A stretch of DNA of 64,000 nucleotides from Podarcis tiliguerta (lineage: Eukaryota), in assembly GCA_965153285.1 (NCBI GenBank), contig OZ229117.1. One strand, written 5' to 3'. The first letter of the stretch is position 1. Each line of letters opens with the position of its first letter. Shown in pieces: positions 51,001 through 63,000 of the stretch. A program made the position numbers and the translations under genes. Below the pieces are notes generated by a model, which saw only the letters and a program-made list of their open reading frames with translations, was not told the origin of the DNA and did no database searches.

Positions 51001-54000
51001 GCCACCACCATAACTCAATAGAGTGATCCAACGATTCAATATAATACTGAAGTTTCATGTCTACAACAAATATTTCTACCATGAATTTGCCTTTTCAGAA
51101 TAATTCCATGGCAGGGGTCCACTGGTCATATAACATATATATGTCTGATCTACATGTGGAGGGAGGAAACCAGATTGAATCCAGTGTCCCTGTCCCCCAG
51201 ACACCATGTTTTGATTGTCTCTGTATGCTCAGAGATCCTGCAAAATGTTTGATCAGTGATCTTGCAGAATGCAGTGTTCTGAACATGTGGCATGTGTTAA
51301 CGCAGGCTTCCTCAACCTAGCCCTCCAGATGTTTTCAGCTGCAACTCCCATGATCCCTAGCTAGCAGGACCAGTGGTCAGGGATGATGGGAACTGTAGTC
51401 TCAAAACATCCAGAGGGCCGAGATTGAGGAAGCCTGTGCTAACGTATGTTCACACATTGCATTTAATGACTGTGTAATCTGTGTACTTGTGTACGCAAAT
51501 AGTGCACTATGTTCATGTGTAGCTGTACAAATCAATGTGAGTACACTCTTTCACAGTTATACATACAGCTTGTACCTGTCTAAGTGTAATGCCTGAACCA
51601 GCTTACAATATGCAGAGATCAACAATGGGACAGCAGGGGTGATCTACCTTCTCTCTAGGCCCCACTTGCACATTGCAGGGGATATGTGGTGAGAACTGCC
51701 CTACAATCCTAGAGCTAAAGCTAAGCAGATCTTAGCTTTATATAATCCTCTATATTGCCTGGCTGCAAGCCTAATTTGAAGAGAAAGCTGAATATGTGCA
51801 ACATGCAAACAAATAACTAACTAGCCAAAATTAGAGTTGTCTGGACATGCCATAATCCTGATAGGGTTTAAGATCTACTTCTTTCAGCTCTAGGTGAATT
51901 ATCACTAGAAAGAGGGATCAACCAACATCAGACATTGGAGCAGGTGCTCATACCAGAACCCTCATAATCCATAAATGAAATGTAATCTACTGCAATCCTC
52001 TCCATACATAGCTGACGCAGCATGAGAAACGGCATTCAGCTCTGAATGAAATATGTCACACTCAATTTAGTTGAGACTCCACAGTTAAGAGATACCTTCT
52101 TCAGAATTATCTTGTGAGGCTGCGTCATTTTTTTTTTAAAAAAGGAATCAATTGACATTATTCTTTTGCTAAGGAATTGATGTGAAGGAATCTGTGGTCC
52201 TCCAGATGTCAGGTGTTATAAATGTGCACCACCCCCTTCACCCCCAATTTCCCATGTTTACTGGAAAGGTCTGATGGGGGATTCTATGTTTTCAACCTAA
52301 TACCTTTGGGGAAGGCCATAGCTCAGTGGTAAATCTAAAGATGTCTCCAGGTAGGGAAGGACCTCTCTCTGAAACTGTGGAGAGCCACTGCCAGTCAGTA
52401 TGGGAATACTGAACTAGAGAGACAAACAGTCTGGTCTTCATATAAATCAATTTCCTATGTTCCTGAGCCTCCCGTGATTGGTGAGACCCTACTCTTCCTT
52501 ACCCTATGCTCTTTAAACATTTGAACATTCAAAACATTCAAATTTGGTTGAATCCAGCCCATAAACATTTTAAAGGGGTGTGTGGGTGTGTAAACTGAAC
52601 ACAAATATTTACTTTGCCACCTATCTTGTTAGGATACAAATAATGATAAAAAATAATACCTTTTCATATCAATGTCTTACTTTGGATTATTGCAGTGTCT
52701 CTCTTGGTACGTGACTCCACCCCCACAGGTCCGAGAGCAACTGGACCACTCAGACCACATAGACCACTGGCCATTAACAGGCTTGGGACCATGGTCTCCA
52801 TATTGTACACATTGACCTCTTCGACACCACTGTAGGAGATAATGTAGAAAACCAATGCTTTGTCAGTATCTACCAGGATGGCTGGGTAAGGTTGAAAAAA
52901 AGAACCAGTTATAATCAGTTATGAACCACTAGAGTGGAAAGGAAGCTAAGGCAAAGAGTAGGTGGCAAGAAAATGGGGGAACTGGAATTAGTGGCAGAGA
53001 TCTGAGTGAATGCACCTCCTATCCCTTCCCAACCATTGTCCCTGTCCTACCTTTAAGGTCAAAACAGTCCCAGGTGAGCTATAACCAATGGAGGTTGGTT
53101 CCTTTGGGACAGGGGTTGGCAACATGTGGCCCATGGGCCAGATGCGACCCATGAAGACCATTTTACAGGCCCACGAGCCACCCCTGAACTGAGCCGCCCA
53201 CTCAGCGAGTCCCCCACGTGCTACACTAAACCGGCGCAGTGTGGTGCGGGGACTCGCTGGGCTGTGCCGGAAATTGCGTCATGCAGATACCGGAAATCAC
53301 ATCTGCGCATGTCCAGATGCCGAAAATTTGCAGGTCCAATTTTTGGCATCTAGGCACGCGCAGAAGTCATTTTTGGAGCCACGGACATGTGCAGAAGCGA
53401 TTTCCGGTGTCCCGCTGTGCCAGAAGATCTCAGTGGGAGTGATCCAGCCCATGGCCGGTAAACCTTGCCAACCCCTGCTTTGGGAGAATGAGGCATTGTA
53501 AACTACCCTACCCTGCCACATCCTCAGATGAAGGGCAATATAGAAATTTTAAATAATTGTTCCATCAGCCTCAGTCTGTCCTCAGCCAGCCCTCACCTGC
53601 TTCCTTTCTTACAACCAGTCCAGGAGGTGGTTCTGGCTGTCAACTTCCTCCTCCTTAATCTCAGTTGTAGATTGCCTGTTGTAGAACTCAGCAAGGGGGA
53701 GGATAGGAACGAAGCTAGAATTAGTTGACTCTGCCTGTCATTGGCTCTGGCTCCACCTACCATTTGGGCTCCCAGCTTTCTGCCCTACCAGTGGCAATGG
53801 GTACCAGCCGTCACTGGGTATAATAATACATTAGGGTGGGCACACACATACAATTCAATGTGCCTAGATGCAGAATGTGTGTGCCATTCCTAGATCTCAT
53901 CTGGGATGTTTATAACACTGTTGAGGACAATACACAGTGGATTTTATGTGCATATGCCTTTTCAGAACATAGGAAGCTGCCTCGTGCTAAATTGGTTGGT

Positions 54001-57000
54001 CAGCCTCAGTACTGTCTATATTGACTGGCATCGGATCTCCAGGGTTTCAGAGAAGGATCTCCTCTGGCTCTGCTTGGAAATTCTGGGGTGGGACCTTCTG
54101 CATGCAAAGCAGGTTCTCTACCACTGAGCTTTGGCCCTTCCCCCACTTTTGCAGCCTTAGTAACTTACCATGCCTATCCCACAGGGTGTTCCTTCTGCGG
54201 CTGGCATAAACTTTGTCTCACATCGATGGCCTACTTTATGGCACCACAGTGATTTACATATATCCTGAAATTTATAAGAAGAAGAAGACACTCCCATTAA
54301 TCTCAGTCTTTCCTGACTGGAAAAATCCAACTTGTCTATTCTGATGTGAATGAGAGGCCTGAGATTTATATAGGTGCTTGTGTACTGTCATTATTACAGT
54401 TTCATTTCATTTTTCTCCATTCAATGTTAACAACAGATAACCAAAAAACCCAATAAAATCAACAAAATCAAATCTTTGAAAAATCTAGAATATTCACTCA
54501 TACATGCAGATGACTCTTAACCCCCCCCCCCACCAACACATCATCATTTGTGTCCATTTTCGTTGAACTGTCTGCTTTGAAATGCATTGTAGTTGTCACA
54601 GGTTCTTTCTGTAGTCTTAGATCTGTGATAACTCATTTAGTCAACTTCAAGTCTTCCCATGCTGCTGCTGTCACTAAGGATATGTGAACCAACCCCTATT
54701 GCATACTAACTTATTTCCCCACCTTTTCCTCCTCTACAGTAGTGCCATCAAGATATGATTTGGGGGCAGAAGGCCTTGAGGAAAGAGCACCCACTCTGCT
54801 ACTGGGGTATAAGAATGGGACCAAGGAGCCCTTCATTTGGAAAGCTCTAGTCTGGAAAGCTCCAGTGGTGCTCTCGTGCTTAGGTCTTGTTTTTGTGCTT
54901 CCTATATGCATCTTGTTGACCACTATGAGAACAGAATGCTGGACTGGATGGGCCATTGGTCTAATCCAACAGGCTATTCTTATGCTCTCCTGACTTGTGC
55001 ACCACTCTGATCCAAATGCATGCTTGACTCATTATTGTTCTGCTGCTTCTCTTTCATCAGCATTACTATCCAACTGGTTTCCTAAACAAATCCCCTCATG
55101 GCTATTTTGGATTCCATACCCTGTCCTTTGCCCACCCTGCCTCTTAACAATTCAAGCTGCAGCAAACGCTTCTGCTTCTCCCTCCTTGAAATTAACAAGA
55201 TCCACCCCTTCCTCCCCATTATAGCTGCCAAAACTCTGTCCCCTACGTCTTGTTGTGGCTTGCCTCAAATACTGCATGCTCCTCTTCTCTAGCTCTCTTT
55301 TATCACTCCATTTCCTCCACTCTGTCTAAAAGCATGAAACTGTATGCCTCTCCCCACCCCCTGGCATCCTGTGTTCTCTTCCTCTCCTTTCATGGATGCA
55401 TTTACTCTTTCATATCAGTCTTTGACTTTGCCTAGTGTGCTCTTATTGCCTTCCTTTTCCCACCTCCTGCTGGTCACCTCTCAGTGCCTGTGTCAGCTGT
55501 TAGATTTGATTTGATTTTATTCATTTAGGAATCAATTGAGACCAAGGTTTTAAATCTCTAGTAACCAAAGTTAGCATAGGAAAACCAGCAATATCGTGTT
55601 ACTGCCAATAATTAATTTGTGAATTGTCACGATGCTATCTTATATACGTATAAACTTTGCTTACAGGTGTCACAAGCGGTACTTGATGACTGCCATGGCC
55701 TCTTGGCTCTAGAATCTGCCTCAACAAGAATTGCACAGCAGATGTTGCTTGTTTCAAGCATGTTTTCCAAGCAGTAACTTGAAATCGTGGAATGGGTATT
55801 AAGTTCAGAATCCAGAGGTATATTTTTGAAATTCTTTCAAGGGAAAACTAAATATGGATTAACAGAAAATTAAACTGGAACTAAAGAGATGTTGGAATCC
55901 TGGTGCAATAAGAGGCTGCAACTGTTCCACTCTGCTCATAACTAGTTTTTAACTCTTTTCCCCCTAAACCCAAGTATATGTATAAGATTAATCAATTTAA
56001 TGAAGTTGTGCTTAATTAAAGGTTTTTGCATCTTATTGACTGCTTTATTAATTAAATGAGAACTCAAACCTAAGCATGGGAGTAGCATAGTGGCTAAAAA
56101 ACTGAGAACTTTGCCCCAGGATGAGAACAGAAATTGTGCGCCAGTGACATGGCGGCAGCGGGATGCCCCATTAGCTAAAGTGGTGAGAATGGTTTCTGGT
56201 TAAGAATGGACCTCCAAAGCAAATTAAGTTCATAACGCAAGGTACCACTGTATTCAGAAGCATAGTGCCTACAACAATGGAGCTTGAATATAACCATTGT
56301 GGCTAGGAGCCCCAATAGCCTTATCTTCCACAAATTTGTCTAATCCTCTTTTAAAACCATCCTAGTAGGTGGCTACCTCTTGCAGGAGTGAATGCCATAG
56401 TTTATGCACTGCATGGAAAAGTACTTTCTTTTGTCATCTAGCTATTGCATGGGAAGAGCTTTCTAGACTTGAAAGTGCTTTACAAATGTAATTATTATCA
56501 CTTCTAGTAGCAATAGTAGCATTACTACAACAGGTAATGCCATTTTAGACCTGGATTGCGCTATGCAGTTTGCAATCATATCTGTAACATCCCTTTTACT
56601 GCTACAACTATGCACTGCTTAAAAAACTGATCGGCCTAGTTCCATCTTAGGCAAGAAATCACACTAAAATATTCTTAAAAGCACAGTGAAGCTTGGGCAT
56701 CCCCTGTGCCTCTATCAACCCCCACCCCCCGTGCATTGCAATTAGATTCTGCATCCTGTAAGCACAATCTCTCCCTGCAGCTACGCTGGACCACCTTGAC
56801 TTCCATCCAAGCCAACACCTTCAAAGCAAGCAATGGCTTTGCCAAATTATTTAAGATTTAGAAACAGTGCAGACCCTGGAGCTCATTGGAACCCCTCCAC
56901 TCATTCATAATCTTCCCATTTATAATTCATTGCTATTCCTCAGTGCAAGTTCTAACGTCTGTCTGGAAGATGTGAATCTCGTACCTTTACAAAACTCAGA

Positions 57001-60000
57001 TTGCAGAGTTTTGCTTTTGCTCCAAATTGCCATTTGCACTGGGTGTCAGCATCATAGATCTGTCCTGGGAGCTTATCGGGGTATTTGTATTGTCCGGCTT
57101 GTTTGGGTTCATCTATCAGGCAAGCTGCTTGAGCAGTACTGAAGGGAAGGAAGGAAAGCATCTGTTAAGAATACATTTGCTTAGGGTTTTTTTTTTATCA
57201 CATATGGTGGTCTAAGCGGTTTACAAGAATTTTAAAAAAAATTAAAATATGGAGATCCATCATTAAAATTCACAAAATGACAGTCCCACTAAAACATTAA
57301 AATAGAAATATTTGCAATTAAAAATACAATAAAGCAATCCAATTAAAACAACACAGTAATTGAAATGGGAGACTTAGATAAGGAGATCAAGGGACTTAAT
57401 TATTTCTAGCTCAAATCACGTCCACATGTTTTCACCCATAATTCTATTCTGGTCTGTTTCTGTATTAGTCTGGTTTTATTATTTTTTATTTACGTCTCTA
57501 AGAATATGTATCTAAATATTACTTTATTTTTCCATATAATTTTGATTGAAGTTTGAAAATTATATGAAAAGGGGGGGGGATACAGAAATTAAAAGAAGAA
57601 AGAAAAGAGAGAGAGGATACTGTGTAGGGAGGGCAGTAAATTGCATCATGAGTACAGCAATATATTGTTGAGTTTTAACAAATACTTTCACATATGGGCG
57701 GGCAGTATATACCATAATGTACTCCAACAGACTTGCAAGTCCCACTTACTTTTAAACATTTCATTATTCCTGTCTAAATAAGTGTCCGTGTTATTTTAAT
57801 TTAATTTAATAATTTAATTTAATGCCTTTTGCTTGCTTGGCTGAACAGCATGTGAGTTTATGTAGAAACTAGCTAAATGTACAAAACTGGCCCCACCCAC
57901 CACTGGCATGTAGCCAGGATTTTTGTTAGGCTGCAGGCTTTTCTTAGGGGGGCAGGCTTTTGTTGGGGGACAGAACCTCAGATTTGTATTGATTTTTATT
58001 GTTTTATTGATTGGGGGACAGCTGCTCCCTCCCCCCCCCCCCGGGCTATGCCCAAGTAAGTAAGGAATAGGACCAACTGGGACATTCAGCTAGTAGGTGT
58101 GACCCCACTATCCTGCTCAATGTGATGCTAATCACTTGATTCACTATGCTCCAGTAGGGTTTTACTTTTCAAGGCTATCTTCCTCAGGATCAGAAATCAA
58201 AAACATGCCCTTCCAAGCTGAAGCCTACCTGAGAAATTTGTTGAGATACTGCCGGCTGCATACTGACCACGAAAACACTCCATTGTTTCCCGTGAGGGTG
58301 GGAGACATAATGTTACCTTCGGCTTTTCTGCAAGGATTCCCTTCTCCATCATGAATCATGCCAAAACTAGAAAGTTCCACGATAAAACAAAAACAAAAGC
58401 AGAGGCCTTCACAATGTGCAAGGACAAATGATATGGCAATGTTGTGATAATGCAAATTATTAGACTACTTCATGAGTGCTCCACATGGGTAAGCACTTGG
58501 AAATGACAATTGATACAGAATGCAATTGGTTTGTTTGTTTGGTTGGTTGGTTGGTTGGTTGGTTGGCTGATAAGTTGAAATGTGTGCAGAGGAGGACGAC
58601 CAAAATGATAAAGGGCCTGTAAACCTTTGATTGTAGATGTGTCAATCATCATTTCACAAAGGGCCAAACGAGGTATGAAACCAAAAGTTGAACAGGTTGG
58701 TTCCAAAGGGTCAATGGAAGCAGGAGTCTTCATCTGGTGGAATGACTCTATCTGATGGAAAGTCTCCTTCTATGAGGGGAGGAGACTCCATATGTCAGAG
58801 AAAGGGAGCCTTTGGATCCAATCCCATATCTTTAAACACAAAACCAGCCCATGTATGCAAAACAGGGAAATGGGATCTGATTTAAAAAGCAAAAGTGGTG
58901 TTTGAATCAAGCACCGGTTGTATCTATGTGACTTTATGTTCAAGTTGTGGAAGTTTAACTGTCAGGTCTAGTTTCCTCCAGATTACCAGCTTTAAAGCCT
59001 CTGGCTTTTGTAATTAAACTTGAGCTAAGCTGTGGTATCCTTCATTTTGTAGGGAAGGAAGTTCCATCAAACTTTAAATGATTTATTTGACAAAAAATCC
59101 TATAATTGTTTGAAACGTTCCCTCCCATCTATAATTACTATCTGACTGCTAATAGGATCATTAGGCAACACTTCTAAGGATCATCTGCCTCTAGGCATCC
59201 GAAGGCCATTGCTGCCAATTTCCTATATTATACAGCTGAAAAGGCACACGCTTGGACAAATGACAATGGAAGAAATTTCTAGCAGTTATTGCCAAATGAA
59301 AGAATTGCAGTCTTTCCAAGATACTTTTTTTGGAAGGCATTTCATAAATCCTTCCTGTCCGGATATCAGCATTCATATGCCAAGCTGAAAAAGGAAGGTT
59401 ATAATAGGAAGAAGAAGAAGAAGAAGAAGAAGAAGAAGAAGAAGAAGAAGAAGAAGAAGAAGAAGAAGAAGAAACAACTCCTAAAGGGAATGACAAATGA
59501 TCTATATTACTTAATGATAAATAGAAGAAGAAAGTAAGATGCAAAAATGTGTGCTTATTACCCAGCTTTATCTACTTATTTTCTCTAGGCACAATCAATC
59601 AGTTGTAGGAGGTGTCCTCTTGCACTGCTCCTATTTAATTTCTATAGGGCTTCTACAAGAGAGAATCGCAGCAGCATTCTCTTAAGGAATAAATTCCAAT
59701 ACAGCAGAAGCCAGGAACGTCAGGAGAAATTATAGCTTTGTCTGGCTCCTAGAACTCTCCCCAGGCCCCTCCCCTGCCTGTCTCTTTCTCTCTTCCCAGG
59801 TCATACCCCTCACCAGCCCTGTTCTGTACTCTCCTTGAGTGCTTTTGCTTGGTAGGAATATGTTTGCATGGTGGATGGGCATAGAAGCCTCTGACTTTTG
59901 CATGTCTGGTATGTACAAAGGAAGAGATGAAGATCACTGGTAGTGCATCTGCCTTGCATGCAGAAAATCCCCAGCATCTCCAGACAGGTCTGGGAGGGGC

Positions 60001-63000
60001 CCCTGTCTGAAACTGTGGAGCACCACTGCCAGTCAAGGTTGACAATACTTGGCTAAAGAGACCAATGGTGTGACTGTATAAGCTTCTGTGTTCCTATCTG
60101 TTGCTCTACTTGCTTTTGCTTCTGGCTCCACCCACATTTCCCTCTATGCCCCCACAAAGTCAATGGGCAAAGTTGAAGCCCTTTGTTTCAGGCACCCACA
60201 ATCTTCAGTGTGAGATGGCACCTATACTGGGGAGAAAGGAGATTTCGTGACGGATGAAAAGACAAGCCAATCTGTGCTATGTGTTGTACTGCTCTGAGAA
60301 GAGACGTAACATTTCTTCATGGCTGACGCAATATCCAGCCAATCAGTAATGAGCAAAACAGACTTTTCCAACAGGGGAACCTGATCCTAGGAAGAAGGCT
60401 ATTGGTATGAACCATTAACAGTGTGCTTCCTTCTCAATCCCACCAACGCAATTATGTACATCTATACATAGCCTGAAAGATATAGTTCTGAATTCCATCA
60501 GATATTTGTTCCTGTTTCCCCCCCAGTGAAATCCCTGACAAAGTTACCACTAGGTTTAGGATTAGCCTTTAATTCCTCATTTCCTTTCAGATGGACCTGC
60601 AAAAGGACCACTCATATAGCCATGAGGTCACAGTCAATGCTCTACAGTATATTTACACAATGAGAACTGAATAGCTCCAAGCAGTCATGCAGAATCAGAG
60701 ATCCATGTAGCAAGTGAATGGGATGACAGCAGCATGCCCATTGACAAAAGGGGACAAGCTGAATGGAACTGTCAAGCCAACAATGAGGAGCTTCTGTGCA
60801 GGATGTGTTTTCATACAGATTCCTGAACAAAAGAAATTCTGGATTTAATTCTGCCTCCGTGCTCAAAGCCACGGTTAGCCTGCAACTGATACCTTGGGAA
60901 CGCAATGTCATAGCAAACATTCATATATATATTTTAAGTACAACATTCATCAATCCCTCATCTCAAAAGTTCAGGTAGCAAATAATTGCTTTTAAAGATC
61001 AAATGTAAAATAGTTGATTAAAATGCAAATGTAACTAAATCATCCAAAACCTCAGATCCCCAACCCTCCAGTGGGGTTAGGCTAGGGAAGGGGGAGAAAT
61101 TTAATTCACTTCACTTTTAAAGGTGAATCTCTCAAAGCTGAACTTTCTGAAACAGTGTGAGAACTGAAACATAGATATCCTTTGAAATTCACAATTCTCT
61201 AAATTTTGTGATGCAGTTCTCTAAACGCCAAATGCAAATTACAAAAATGCATATCTTAGGCAAAAATATGCATTAAAACTAATGAAAATAACATACAAAA
61301 ATGCCTTATATTTGGAGATGTTTGCAAAAATGTGTGCATCAGTCAAAATTACATACAAAACTATTTATTAAAATAAATTTACATTGAAATGCCCAGCTCT
61401 ACCTTTGGAGTTGCCAGTTTAAATTCAGGCCCATGATGGAAAAGATCTTCCTCTACAGGGGCTTTCTGTAGGTCCCAGTCAGCTGATCAGCACAGATTGT
61501 AAATCCCACTAGGGTCAGCTGCACTATGAAATCTGCCCTAAATCTCTTTTGAAGTTTTCCCCAACACTCTAGTTGAAGAAGAGGGGAGAAAGTCCCATTG
61601 TGGAAGCAGAAATCCTTTCACTGATGGTACTTAGCACTGCATTAGATAACAGCTGTAATGATGGAACACTGCCAGATCAGCAAGGTCATCATCTTCTATT
61701 AAACATAATAATAAAATATCAGCCAAAGCAGTGTGTGTGTCTGTCTTTAGTTATAATAATAACAGTCTTTTAGTAGCTTGTAGGGAGGGAAAGACTCACG
61801 AGGAATAGCTTACTTGTGTCCAGATTCATGGGCAATAGTAAATGCCAAACCAAGCCCCGTGTCTTCATTGATTGTACAACTGCGGTATTTACTGCACATT
61901 CCACTGATTGGAGCAAAACCTGCCAGGGAAAGGATGGTTGAATGGCATTATACCTTTATTCTGCCACATAACATCACAGAGATTCAGAGCATAGTTTGTG
62001 TTAGGAAGATTTTGTGCTCATTTAAGCTTTGTCATGTAGAAGAATGCACAAGGCAAATTCACATGCACATGGCAATGCTGGGCCCGATCCAAGAAAAATG
62101 CATTCTGTCTGCAGCAGTTAGCCTACAAAACTAACACAGGCTCCTTTTCTCTGCTGACTCAACAACAGTCCCGTCAGTTAGGAAAGCTATTCTGGAAAAG
62201 GGCGCCAGCTCTTTCCTGAAGGTCAGCCAGAAAGAATGAGAGTGCCCTTGGCCAGAGATATTTTCAAAAATCTGAAGCAACCTGGCTGCATTGAATATTC
62301 CCCAGGCACAGTGCTCATCCTCCAGAAGACCCTTTCCTTCATTTCAATACCACTGAGTCCAAAATGCTGCAGATCAGATAATCCTGTAGAAAACTGTGAA
62401 AGACTGACATATAAACTTGCTACTTTCAAATCGACTCATTTGTGCTGGGCTGCCTTTGGGACTGGATTAGCAATGAAGGTATGTATGTTGTTGAGGGGAA
62501 GGCATTAAAATTGGGAAACTCATATTGTGGCTTTTGGACAGTCTGGGCAATGTGCCTCCTTTGATTCCTTATAACATGACCAAAGCAAAGATCATATTCC
62601 AAGCTATTCCTCTCAAGTTTCCTTCATTGTTTTCAGTTTATTTTAAAAGCTTCTTGTTGTAATGATTCCTTAACTCTCTGGAACTCTCAATGCTTTTAAA
62701 ACAGGCACAACTTTGCAGCTGGATTGCATCTACCACAACGTGAGATATGTTCATTTCTCAGCCGTGATACCCTATAATATATCCTAGCAAATGGTTTCCT
62801 GCCTAGGAAGCCACCCCTCCCAGAGCATCCATCATGTCCATCAGCCCCATAGCTGGAAACATGTGGATGACACAATGTTGGGGGAGGCTGCCATAGAATA
62901 TGCCCATACCTAAAGTGTCACATGGTTCATTCTTCCAGGAGCATATATCAAATCCAGTAAGCAAGATGGCGTGGTCATGACGCTTCCCATTCTTTCCAAC

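Noticed and set aside
59191-59544. Poly-Ser and poly-Lys ORFs
   Set aside because: Translation artefacts of the (GAA)22 repeat.
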